Translations under genes and position numbers: made by a program
Notes under the pieces: model-generated
Told to the model about the DNA's origin: nothing
The model's input: only the letters and a program-made list of their open reading frames with translations
Databases searched by the model: none
Origin: Elusimicrobiota bacterium
Lineage (GTDB): Bacteria; Elusimicrobiota; Elusimicrobia; UBA1565; UBA9628
Direction: 5' to 3'
Assembly: GCA_016212825.1 (NCBI GenBank)
Contig: JACRDS010000026.1
Location: 31,413-95,412 of the forward strand
DNA: 64,000 bases
Shown: piece by piece, positions 25,824 through 34,438 of the stretch
Layout: each line of letters starts with the position of its first letter
How positions within the stretch are numbered: the first letter of the stretch is position 1

Positions 25824-27627
25824 GGATACCGTGGGAAATACAACCAGGACTCATTTGATGGTCTGCGCGGGTACGGGCTGCGTTTCGGCCAAGTGCTTTA
25901 AAATCAAGGAAGCCTTGGAGCGCGAGCTCAAGAAACATGATCTTTGCGAAGAGGTGCAGATCGTCATGACCGGGTGCAACGGATTCTGCGCCCAGGGCCC
26001 GATCATGGTCGTGCAGCCCGAGGGCATCTTCTACAACATGCTCAAAGAGGAAGACATCCCGCATCTGGTCGCGGAGCACTTCCTGAAAGGACGGCCGGTA
26101 AAGAAGCTGATGTTCACCCCGCCTCAGGAAAAAGCCCCTGTCCCGCTGATGAAGGATATCGGGTTCTTCAGCAAACAGTCGCTGCTGATATTGAGAAACA
26201 GGGGTCTGATAGACCCTGAGAATATCGACGAGTATATCGCCAGGAACGGTTATGCCGCCTTCTCCAAAGCCGTGACCTCGATGGCGCCGGATGAAGTCAT
26301 CGCAGAGATCAGGAATTCCGGTCTGAGAGGCAGGGGCGGCGCCGGATTCCCTACCGCCAAGAAGTGGGAGCACTGCAGGCATGCCCCAGGAGAGCCGAAA
26401 TACATCATATGCAACGCCGACGAGGGCGACCCCGGCTGTTTCCAGGACAGGAGCATACTCGAGGGCGACCCGCATTCGGTGATCGAAGGCATGCTCATAG
26501 GGGCGTATGCGATAGGTTCAAGGCACGGGTATATCTATGTGCGGAATGAATATCCTCTGGCGATCAAGAGATTCTCGACAGCATTGAGCCAGGCGCGGCA
26601 ATACGGCCTGTTGGGCGATGATGTCCTGGGGACGAAATTTTCTTTTGACATCAGCATAAGCAGGGGGGCGGGCGCGTTCGTATGCGGAGAATCAAGCGCC
26701 TTGATGGCTTCCATCGAAGGCAAGATCGGGGAGCCGAGGTATAAGCATATCCACGCCACGGAGAAGGGGTTGTGGGATAAGCCGACCGTCCTGAATAATG
26801 TCAAGACCTGGGCCAGCGTCCCTTCGATCATAAGGCACGGCGCGGAGTGGTTCGCCAAGATCGGGACGGAGACTTCCAAGGGGACGATGGTCTTCTCGCT
26901 TGTGGGCAAGATCAAGAATACCGGGCTTATCGAGGTCCCGATGGGCATCTCGCTCAGGGAGATCATCTACGATATAGGAGAGGGTCTCATAGGCGACAGG
27001 AAATTCAAAGCGGTCCAGACCGGCGGGCCGTCAGGCGGATGCCTGCCTGAATCGTGCCTTGATTTGCCGGTGGATTACGAATCATTGACGGAGGCCGGCT
27101 CCATGATGGGTTCCGGCGGGATGATCGTGCTGGATGAAGACAACTGCATGGTGGACGTGGCGAGGTATTTCCTGGACTTTTTGAAGGGAGAATCCTGCGG
27201 CAAGTGCACGGCCTGCAGGGATGGCATCGAGGCGATGTACGAGTGTTTGAACGATATCTGCGAAGGGAAAGGGAAGGAGAAAGACATCGAGATGCTCGAG
27301 GAATTGGCCGGGGCAGTCAAGGATGCCTCCCTTTGCGGACTAGGCGCCTCAGCGCCCAATCCGGTTTTGAGCACGATACGCTACTTCCGGGACGAGTATG
27401 ACGCCCATATCCGGGACAAGAAGTGCCCTGCGGGAGTCTGCAAAGCGTTGATCCAATACTCCATAGATGCCGAGAAGTGCACCGGGTGCACGCTGTGCGC
27501 CAAGAAGTGCCCCAGCGAGGCGATCACCGGAGAGCGCAAGGCCAAGCATGCCATCGACCTGGAGAAGTGCATCAAGTGCGGCGTCTGCCGTGAGGTATGC
27601 AAATTCAAGGCGGTCGTGGTCAACTGA
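25807..27627 (+). CDS. NuoF-like NAD(H)-binding FMN/[4Fe-4S] flavoprotein. It has an N-terminal thioredoxin-like 2Fe-2S domain and a C-terminal 2x[4Fe-4S] ferredoxin domain (HndC/HydB-like)
   Basis: GLRGRGGAGFPTAKKW (NADH/FMN site), ESCGKCTACRDG (N3 cluster), and C-terminal CTGCTLCAKKCP / CIKCGVCREVC. The start is uncertain: GTG 25807 or ATG 25858. Confidence 0.85.
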   Translation: MKGFPKDTVGNTTRTHLMVCAGTGCVSAKCFKIKEALERELKKHDLCEEVQIVMTGCNGFCAQGPIMVVQPEGIFYNMLKEEDIPHLVAEHFLKGRPVKKLMFTPPQEKAPVPLMKDIGFFSKQSLLILRNRGLIDPENIDEYIARNGYAAFSKAVTSMAPDEVIAEIRNSGLRGRGGAGFPTAKKWEHCRHAPGEPKYIICNADEGDPGCFQDRSILEGDPHSVIEGMLIGAYAIGSRHGYIYVRNEYPLAIKRFSTALSQARQYGLLGDDVLGTKFSFDISISRGAGAFVCGESSALMASIEGKIGEPRYKHIHATEKGLWDKPTVLNNVKTWASVPSIIRHGAEWFAKIGTETSKGTMVFSLVGKIKNTGLIEVPMGISLREIIYDIGEGLIGDRKFKAVQTGGPSGGCLPESCLDLPVDYESLTEAGSMMGSGGMIVLDEDNCMVDVARYFLDFLKGESCGKCTACRDGIEAMYECLNDICEGKGKEKDIEMLEELAGAVKDASLCGLGASAPNPVLSTIRYFRDEYDAHIRDKKCPAGVCKALIQYSIDAEKCTGCTLCAKKCPSEAITGERKAKHAIDLEKCIKCGVCREVCKFKAVVVN

Positions 27628-27644
27628 CCCCGGCAAGGACAAGG

Positions 27645-27992
27645 ATGAAGCTCAGGGAGATCTGCGAGATACTGGAAGCGGACATCGTCCATGGGGAGGA
27701 TCCGGACCGGGAGATCGACAAGGTGGGGGCCGCAGACCTGATGAGCGATGTGCTGACCCACAGCACGCGGGGTTCGCTGCTGCTCACGGGCCTGACGAAT
27801 TCCCAGGTGATCCGCACCGCTGAGATGTCGGATATCGAGGCCGTTTGTTTCGTGAGGGGGAAAAGGCCGCAGGCCGGCGTCATAAAGCTTGGAGAGGAAA
27901 TGGGCATCCCCGTGCTGGTGACGAGATTCTCGATGTACGAAGCCTGCGGGAAGCTGTACATGAAAGGGCTGCGGGGCTGTGAGCATAATTAG
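27645..27992 (+). CDS. DRTGG domain protein
   Basis: DLMSDVLTHSTRGSLLLTGLTN...GIPVLVTRFSMYEACGKLY. This is the small regulatory protein typical of NuoEF-containing hydrogenase loci. Confidence 0.6.
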   Translation: MKLREICEILEADIVHGEDPDREIDKVGAADLMSDVLTHSTRGSLLLTGLTNSQVIRTAEMSDIEAVCFVRGKRPQAGVIKLGEEMGIPVLVTRFSMYEACGKLYMKGLRGCEHN

Positions 27993-27994
27993 GC

Positions 27995-28909
27995 ATGAAA
28001 GAGGTCACCAAGATCCAGGAGCTCGTGTACGAGCTGAGGATGCGGGACGTGATGAGGAAGGATGTGATCTCCGTCAGCCCCGACATGCAGATGGGCCGGT
28101 TGAGGGAATTGTTCAAGACCAAGCGCATATCCGGGACGCCCGTGGTCGACGGCGGCGGGCTGGTCGGGATCGTGAGCATAGAGGATTTCATCAAGTGGCT
28201 CTCCGGCGGCGGCGGGGAGTGCCGGATCTCCGAGAAGATGACGCGGCGGGTGGAGACGTTCTACGACGACGAGGCGCTGGTGCATGCCTTGACCAAGATG
28301 GAGAGATCCGGTTACGGCAGGTTCCCGATCATCGACCGGCAGACCGGCGGAATGTGCGGCATCGTGACCAAAGGGAACATCATCGAGGGTCTGCTCAAGA
28401 AGATCGAGATCGACTATCACGAGGAGGAGGTCCGCAAGTACCGGGCCAGCCACATCTTCGAGGACATCCGGGCGGACAAGTCCACGCTGATCTGTCAGTA
28501 CCGGATCGCCGGGAGGAAGTTGACCGAAGCGGGCGAGACCGCCAGCGGGCTGAAAACGACGTTGAAGAGGTTGGGCTTCCATCCGGACATCGTCAGGAGG
28601 TCCGCGATCATCGCCTATGAGGCGGAGACCAACGTCATCATCTATGCCAAGGAAGGGAAGATGATCGTGAAGGTGGAGCCGGCCGAGATATACATGAAGG
28701 TCGAAGACAAGGGCCCGGGCATCCCCGACGTCGAAAAAGTGCTGGAGCCCGGGTTTTCGACCGCCCCGGACTGGGTCAGGGAGCTCGGGTTCGGCGCCGG
28801 GATGGGGCTGCCCAATATCAAGAAGTGTTCGGATCGGATGGTCTTGAATTCCACCGTCGGCAAGGGCACCTGCCTTGAGGCGACCGTGGTCATAGGGCCG
28901 ACGCGATGA
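27995..28909 (+). CDS. CBS-pair plus histidine-kinase-like ATPase (anti-sigma-factor / Ser-protein-kinase-like) protein
   Basis: Two CBS motifs (VMRKDVISVSPD..., GRFPIIDRQTGGMCGIVTKGNII) and a C-terminal HATPase_c (VEDKGPGIPDVEKVLEPGFST...GAGMGLP). Confidence 0.7.
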   Translation: MKEVTKIQELVYELRMRDVMRKDVISVSPDMQMGRLRELFKTKRISGTPVVDGGGLVGIVSIEDFIKWLSGGGGECRISEKMTRRVETFYDDEALVHALTKMERSGYGRFPIIDRQTGGMCGIVTKGNIIEGLLKKIEIDYHEEEVRKYRASHIFEDIRADKSTLICQYRIAGRKLTEAGETASGLKTTLKRLGFHPDIVRRSAIIAYEAETNVIIYAKEGKMIVKVEPAEIYMKVEDKGPGIPDVEKVLEPGFSTAPDWVRELGFGAGMGLPNIKKCSDRMVLNSTVGKGTCLEATVVIGPTR

Positions 28910-29250
28910 AGCTGCAAAAGCTGATCGAGCGCATGGATCTCGAAGTGAGAAGCGGGCGCGGCGCTCCGGATGTGGAAATCCGCCGCGGCTACGTGAGCGA
29001 TCTGTTGAGCGACGTCATCGCGCATGCTCAAGAGGCTGAGTTGTGGATCACGCTTCAGACGCACGTCAACATCGTGGCCGTGGCCAGCATGAAAGGTCTG
29101 GCCGGCATCATCTTGGTCCAAGGCCGGGAGCCGGAGCGGGCCACGGTCGAGAGGGCGGAAAAGGAAAAAGTCCCCATTCTGGTCACGAAACTTCCCGCTT
29201 ATGAAATGGCAGGGAAGCTCTATGACCTGCTGAATGCTGAAAAGGGTTAG
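28906..29250 (+). CDS. DRTGG domain protein (second copy)
   Basis: VSDLLSDVIAHAQEAELWITLQTHVN...VPILVTKLPAYEMAGKLY, parallel to the first DRTGG protein. Confidence 0.6.
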   Translation: MKLQKLIERMDLEVRSGRGAPDVEIRRGYVSDLLSDVIAHAQEAELWITLQTHVNIVAVASMKGLAGIILVQGREPERATVERAEKEKVPILVTKLPAYEMAGKLYDLLNAEKG

Positions 29251-29977
29251 AGGCGATTTGCATATCCACACTTGTTTGTCCCCATGCGCCGATGACGGGA
29301 TGACGCCCGCCGCCATCGTCAGGGAGGCGCGGAGGAAGCAGGTGGGGTTGGTCGGCATCTGCGACCATAATTCCATGGAGAATGTGGAAGCGGTGATGAG
29401 GGCGGGCGAACGGGAGAATGTCGGGGTCTTGGGCGGGATGGAGATCACAAGCAAAGAGGAAGTGCATATCCTGGCCGTCTGTGATGGCCTGGCCCCGCTG
29501 GGCAACATGCAGAAGACCTTGTATGAGCACCTGGAGGGAGAGAACGACGAAAGCAGGTTCGGCCCGCAGGACATCGTCAACGAATTCGATGAGAAGACCG
29601 GCTCGAACAGCAGGCTCTTGATCGGCGCCACGGATCTGGGCATCCAGAACGTGGTCGAGTTGATCCGCAGCGCCGGGGGGCTGGCGATCGCCTCGCACAT
29701 CGACAGGGAGGGCTTCAGCATCATGTCCCAGCTGGGTTTCATACCCGAGTCGCTGCGTCTTGACGGCTTGGAAGTGTCTCCCCTGACCACGGTCGAGGCG
29801 GCGCGGCGGAGATTCCCGGATATCGGCAAGTACCCTTTGCTGCGCTCGTCGGATGCGCATTCCCTGGGCGACATCGGGAGGCAGACCACGACGTTCCTGG
29901 TGGCGGATATGAGTTTCGCCGAGATCCGGAAGGCGCTGGCGGGAGAGGATGGCAGAAGGATCGAATATCAGGCCTGA
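29234..29977 (+). CDS. PHP-domain phosphoesterase
   Basis: The N-terminus DLHIHTCLSPCAD plus downstream His/Asp motifs (ICDHNSMEN, IASHIDREG, SSDAHS). Confidence 0.7.
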   Translation: MLKRVRGDLHIHTCLSPCADDGMTPAAIVREARRKQVGLVGICDHNSMENVEAVMRAGERENVGVLGGMEITSKEEVHILAVCDGLAPLGNMQKTLYEHLEGENDESRFGPQDIVNEFDEKTGSNSRLLIGATDLGIQNVVELIRSAGGLAIASHIDREGFSIMSQLGFIPESLRLDGLEVSPLTTVEAARRRFPDIGKYPLLRSSDAHSLGDIGRQTTTFLVADMSFAEIRKALAGEDGRRIEYQA

Positions 29978-29983
29978 GCGGAT

Positions 29984-30445
29984 TTGGAAGACCTATCTTT
30001 GCATGTTCTTGATATCGCTGAAAACTCGATCAGGGCGCTCGCGGAGAATGTCGTGATCAGGATCATCGAGGAGCCCGGGAAGGACCTGCTCACCCTGGAG
30101 ATCGAAGACGACGGACAAGGGATGGATGAGGGACTGCTCGAGAAGGCGCTGGATCCGTTCTTCACGACCAAGGCCGGCAAGAGGGTGGGGCTGGGGCTTC
30201 CGCTTTTGAGCCAGGCGGCCAGGGCCGGCGGAGGAGATATGCAGATCGAATCCGGGCCCGGAGCGGGCACCCGGATAAGGGCCACATTCAGATACAGCCA
30301 TCCTGACAGAAAGCCTTTGGGGGATATGCCGGCCACCATGCGGGCTTTGATGGCCGCAAATCCGGCCGTGAATTTCGTGTTTGTGCACAAGAAAGAGGGC
30401 GAAACGCACCGCGTAGAGAGCCGCGAAATGGGGTCCCAAGGATAA
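29984..30445 (+). CDS. Stand-alone histidine-kinase-like ATPase (HATPase_c) protein
   Basis: EIEDDGQGMDEGLLEKALDPFFTTK...GLGLPL. TTG start with an upstream SD. Confidence 0.6.
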   Translation: MEDLSLHVLDIAENSIRALAENVVIRIIEEPGKDLLTLEIEDDGQGMDEGLLEKALDPFFTTKAGKRVGLGLPLLSQAARAGGGDMQIESGPGAGTRIRATFRYSHPDRKPLGDMPATMRALMAANPAVNFVFVHKKEGETHRVESREMGSQG

Positions 30446-30448
30446 CCA

Positions 30449-33400
30449 ATGGCGAGTTCGAACATGAAGACGGATTTCATCATCAATGGGAAAGAGGCGT
30501 CGGTCGAGGGGGCGGCTACGGTGCTGGAGGCCTGCGCGAAACTGAGCCTGAAGATACCGACGCTCTGCGCGCACAAGGCGCTGCTCCCGTACGGAGCCTG
30601 CAGGCTCTGCCTGGTGGAGATCGGCAAGCCCCCCTACGGCAAGATCCAGACGGCGTGCACTTACCCCCTGAAGCCGGGGCTGGTCGTCTCCACGGACACG
30701 GAAAGGATCATGAAAGCCAGGAAGATCGTAATGGAACTCCTCCTGGCCAGGTGCCCGGATGTGAAGGCGATACAAGATCTGGCCGGAGAGCTCGGAGTCG
30801 CCGGCACGAGGTTCCACAAGAAGGACAGCGACTGCATACTGTGCGGCATGTGCATCAGGGTCTGCCGGGAACGGATGGGGGTCGAGGCATTGGGCTTCGC
30901 CAACCGGGGTTCCAAGAGAGAAGTGAGGCCTCCTTTCGACGCCCTCTCCGAGTTCTGCCAGGCCTGCGGCGCCTGTGAATTCATATGTCCGACGGGAAAG
31001 ATGAAGGTGCTGGAGGTGGGAAGAAGGGCGGCGCGGCCGATACCTTTCGAATTCAACGAGGGCTTGATCTCCAGGCCCGCGGTGCATATTCCCTACCCCC
31101 AGGCCGTCCCCAACAAGGCCGCGCTGGACGGCAGGTACTGCGTCCGCCTGCTGAAGGACAAATGCGGAATATGCCAGGTGTTCTGCGAAGCCGGCGCGAT
31201 AGACTATGAGCAGAAAGAGGAGCGCATCGAGTTGAAGGCGGGCGCCGTGATCCTGGCTCCGGGATTCGAGCTCTTCGACGCCAAGCTCAAGGGTGAGTTG
31301 GGTTACGGACGCTATCCCAACGTCATCACGAGCCTGGAGTTCGAGCGGATATTGAACGCCTCCGGGCCGTTCTCGGGCAAGGTGCTCAGGCCTTCCGACC
31401 GGCGCCATCCCAAGAAGATCGCCTTCATCCAATGCGTCGGGTCCCGGGATTGCGACAACAACTATTGCTCCTCCGTGTGCTGTATGTATGCGACCAAGGA
31501 AGCCATCATCGCGATGGAACACGAGAAGGGCCTGGAGTGCGCCATCTTCTTCATCGACCTGAGGGCATTCGGCAAGGGGTTCGACGCCTATTATGAGCGG
31601 GCCAAGAAGGCCGGCGTGAGGTATGTCCGATGCCGTCCGTCTTCCATCAAGGAGGACCCCTCAAGCCGGGATCTGGAAGTGAGGTACGAGGCCGAGGACG
31701 GGACGGTGGTGTCCGAGGGGTTCGATCTCGTGGTGCTTTCCAGCGGACTCAGACCCACGCGGGAAGCCCGGGATATGGCCAAGACCTTCGGCCTGTCCCT
31801 CAATGAGCACGGTTTCTGCAGGACTGGGACGTTCGCCCCGGTGGAGACGGGGCGCGCGGGGGTCTACGTGTGCGGGCCGTTCACGGAGCCCAAAGACATC
31901 CCGGAAACGGTCATGCAGGCCAGTGCCGCCGCGGCCAAGACTTTGTCCCTGCTGTCGTCGGCGCGGGGTTCGCTGATCGAGCCCAAGGGATTCCCCCCGG
32001 AGAAGGATGTCTCCGGGCGGCCGCCCAGGATCGGAGTCTTCGTCTGCCACTGCGGCACCAATATCGCGGGCGTGGTCAATGTGCCGGAAGTCGTCGAGTA
32101 TGTGAAGGGATTGCCGGATGTGGCCTATGCCGAGAACGATCTCTACACCTGCTCGAACGATGCTCAAGAAAGGATCAAGCAGTTGGTCCGGGAGCACGAT
32201 TTGAATCGGGTCGTGGTGGCGTCCTGCACGCCCAGGACGCACGAGCCCCTGTTCCGGAACACCATCCGGGAAGCGGGCGTGAATCCGTATCTTTTCGAAA
32301 TGGCCAATATCAGGGACCAATGCTCGTGGGTCCACATGCACGAGCCGGAGCAGGCCACGCGCAAGGCCAAGGACCTTCTGCGGATGGCCATCGCCAAGGC
32401 CCGGCTCCTGGAGCCGCTCCAGCGCCGGACCATGAAGGTCCATCCCGACGCCCTCGTGATCGGAGGGGGGGTGAGCGGCATGACCGCCGCGCTCGACATG
32501 GCGAAGCAGGGCATCACGGTGCACCTGGTGGAGCGCGAAGGCGCGCTCGGCGGCGGCCTGCGCAGGACGAGATACCTTCTGGATGGAGAGGACCCCAAGG
32601 GCGAGCTCGACCGACTGGTGGCGAACGTGCTCGGAGAGAAGCTGATCCGGGTCCATCTGAATTCCAAGATCGTCGCGATGGAGGGAAGCTGGGGCAATTT
32701 CAAGACGAAGGTCTCGGGCGTCGGCAACGGCGGCGCGGCGGAGTTCGGCCATGGCGTGGTGGTGGTGGCGACCGGCGCGCGGGAATACCAGCCTCAGGAG
32801 TATCTCTACGGGAAGGATGAGAGGGTGACGACCCAGCTCGAGCTGGAGTCCCTCATCGCGGACGGCAAGTTCAGGGCGAAATCCGTGGTGATGATCCAGT
32901 GCGTCGGTTCCCGGAACGATGAGCATCCCTATTGCAGCAGGGTCTGCTGCACCGAGGCGGTGAAAAACGCCCTGAAGATCAAGGCCACGAGCCCCGACTC
33001 CGAGGTGTACGTCCTTTATAGGGACGTCCGGACCTACGGCTTCCGCGAGCAGTACTATCGTCAGGCCCGGGAGAAGGGCGTGGTCTTCCTGCGCTACGAC
33101 GACGACAAAAAACCCGCGGTCGAGGTCAAGGAAGGCGGATTGCAGGTCTCTGCTTTCGACCCCATACTCAAGACGACCGTCTCCATCGACGCGGACCTGC
33201 TGGTCCTCTCGGCGGGGATCGTCGCCAATCCCGACAGCGCCGAGGTGGGGCAGATGCTGAAGGTGCCCTTGAACCAGGACAAGTTCTTCTTGGAAGCGCA
33301 CATGAAGCTGAGGCCCGTGGATTTCGCGAGCGATGGGATATTCCTCTGCGGCCTGGCGCATTCGCCGAAGGATCTGACCGAGTGCCTGATGCAGGCCAGC

Positions 33401-33751
33401 GGCGCCGCCGCGAGGGCCTCGGCGGTGGCGCTCAAGGGCAGCGTCGAGCTCGAGGCCAACGTTTCCCGGGTCCTCGACGAGAACTGCGACGGCTGCGCCT
33501 ATTGCGTGGACCCTTGCCCGTACAAGGCCATCACGCTCATCGAATACATGTTCAACGGCGCCATCAAGAAGACGGTGGAAGCCAACGAGAGCGTGTGCAA
33601 GGGCTGCGGGGTCTGCCAGGCCACCTGCCCCAAGAAGGGCATCGCCATAATGGGCTTCAGGCTGGAGCAGATATCCGCCATGGCCGAGGCCGCCCTGCAG
33701 GCGGGCGGAGCGCCGAGCGGAAAACCGGCCGAAGAGCTCGTGCGGCAGTAG
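30449..33751 (+). CDS. 1,100-aa multi-domain iron-sulfur flavoprotein. It has a NuoG/HydA-N-like 2Fe-2S plus [4Fe-4S] module, then the C-terminal half of a HdrA FAD domain, then a second complete HdrA-like unit with a C-terminal 2x[4Fe-4S] domain
   Basis: FIINGKEASVEGAATVLEACAKLSLKIPTLCAHKALLPYGACRLCLVEI (2Fe-2S). CILCGMCIRVC / CQACGACEFICP. IAFIQCVGSRDCDNNYCSSVCCMYATKEA (HdrA signature). DALVIGGGVSGMTAALDMAKQG (FAD-binding motif). VVMIQCVGSRNDEHPYCSRVCCTEA (second HdrA signature). CDGCAYCVDPCP / CKGCGVCQATCP. Confidence 0.8.
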   Translation: MASSNMKTDFIINGKEASVEGAATVLEACAKLSLKIPTLCAHKALLPYGACRLCLVEIGKPPYGKIQTACTYPLKPGLVVSTDTERIMKARKIVMELLLARCPDVKAIQDLAGELGVAGTRFHKKDSDCILCGMCIRVCRERMGVEALGFANRGSKREVRPPFDALSEFCQACGACEFICPTGKMKVLEVGRRAARPIPFEFNEGLISRPAVHIPYPQAVPNKAALDGRYCVRLLKDKCGICQVFCEAGAIDYEQKEERIELKAGAVILAPGFELFDAKLKGELGYGRYPNVITSLEFERILNASGPFSGKVLRPSDRRHPKKIAFIQCVGSRDCDNNYCSSVCCMYATKEAIIAMEHEKGLECAIFFIDLRAFGKGFDAYYERAKKAGVRYVRCRPSSIKEDPSSRDLEVRYEAEDGTVVSEGFDLVVLSSGLRPTREARDMAKTFGLSLNEHGFCRTGTFAPVETGRAGVYVCGPFTEPKDIPETVMQASAAAAKTLSLLSSARGSLIEPKGFPPEKDVSGRPPRIGVFVCHCGTNIAGVVNVPEVVEYVKGLPDVAYAENDLYTCSNDAQERIKQLVREHDLNRVVVASCTPRTHEPLFRNTIREAGVNPYLFEMANIRDQCSWVHMHEPEQATRKAKDLLRMAIAKARLLEPLQRRTMKVHPDALVIGGGVSGMTAALDMAKQGITVHLVEREGALGGGLRRTRYLLDGEDPKGELDRLVANVLGEKLIRVHLNSKIVAMEGSWGNFKTKVSGVGNGGAAEFGHGVVVVATGAREYQPQEYLYGKDERVTTQLELESLIADGKFRAKSVVMIQCVGSRNDEHPYCSRVCCTEAVKNALKIKATSPDSEVYVLYRDVRTYGFREQYYRQAREKGVVFLRYDDDKKPAVEVKEGGLQVSAFDPILKTTVSIDADLLVLSAGIVANPDSAEVGQMLKVPLNQDKFFLEAHMKLRPVDFASDGIFLCGLAHSPKDLTECLMQASGAAARASAVALKGSVELEANVSRVLDENCDGCAYCVDPCPYKAITLIEYMFNGAIKKTVEANESVCKGCGVCQATCPKKGIAIMGFRLEQISAMAEAALQAGGAPSGKPAEELVRQ

Positions 33752-33754
33752 GAG

Positions 33755-34213
33755 ATGATCATGGCTGAGACAGTGATGGAGCAGGAACAGCAGGCGGAGA
33801 TCCTCAATCCGGACCCGGTGGTCATCGCCTTCTGCTGCAATTGGTGCTCCTACACCGGCGCGGACCTGGCCGGGACCTCCCGGCTCCAGTATCCGCCCCA
33901 GATCCGCATCATCCGGGTCATGTGTTCGGGCATGGTGCACCCCAACCTGGTCATAGACGCCCTGACCAAGGGCGCCGACGGCGTGATGATCTGCGGCTGC
34001 CACCTGGGCGACTGCCATTACATAGACGGCAACTACAAGACCGAGAAGCGGGCCGATGCCATCAAGCTCATGTTGGAGGACTTCGGCCTGGAGCCCGAGC
34101 GCTTCCGCCTGGAGTGGGTCTCCGCGTCGGAGGGCCCGAAGTTCGCCCAAGTCATGACCGACATGGTCGCGGCCTTGAAAAGGCTGCCGCCGAGCTCCTA
34201 CAAGGTGGGGTGA
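33755..34213 (+). CDS. mvhD: MvhD-like hydrogenase/heterodisulfide reductase iron-sulfur subunit
   Basis: IAFCCNWCSYTGADLAG...IRVMCSGMV...DGVMICGCHLGDCHY. The likely start is ATG 33761. Confidence 0.8.
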   Translation: MIMAETVMEQEQQAEILNPDPVVIAFCCNWCSYTGADLAGTSRLQYPPQIRIIRVMCSGMVHPNLVIDALTKGADGVMICGCHLGDCHYIDGNYKTEKRADAIKLMLEDFGLEPERFRLEWVSASEGPKFAQVMTDMVAALKRLPPSSYKVG

Positions 34214-34218
34214 GCGTT

Positions 34219-34416
34219 ATGACCCAGAGCGCGAGATTCTTCGACGACAAGAAGTTCATGTGGGATGGGAAAGTCTACGAGGGACGCTCGGAGGCCGAGG
34301 AGTCCGAGCGGGGCTACAGGAAGGACGCCTTTGAGACGCGGGTCGTGGAGGACGGCGGGAAGTTCCTGGTCTATTCCCGCCGGGTGGCCGCCCAGCAGAC
34401 GGCCGTAGAGGGATAA
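34219..34416 (+). CDS. Small hypothetical protein (65 aa) between mvhD and the hydrogenase small subunit gene
   Basis: ATG 34219 has an upstream GGTGGGG. It reads MTQSARFFDDKKFMWDGKVYEGRSE... and has no recognisable motif. The track shows it only as the tail of a longer overlapping ORF. Confidence 0.3.
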   Translation: MTQSARFFDDKKFMWDGKVYEGRSEAEESERGYRKDAFETRVVEDGGKFLVYSRRVAAQQTAVEG

Positions 34417-34438
34417 ACTGTTAAGGAGGGAGAATAGA

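Noticed and set aside
24536-33751. The idea that the split HdrA is a simple frameshift or sequencing artefact
   Set aside because: The two halves are 5 kb apart and separated by seven intact genes. Each half is fused in-frame to a different well-formed domain (NuoE-like, NuoG-N-like). A local indel cannot explain this. Only a large mis-assembly could, and I cannot exclude that from sequence alone.
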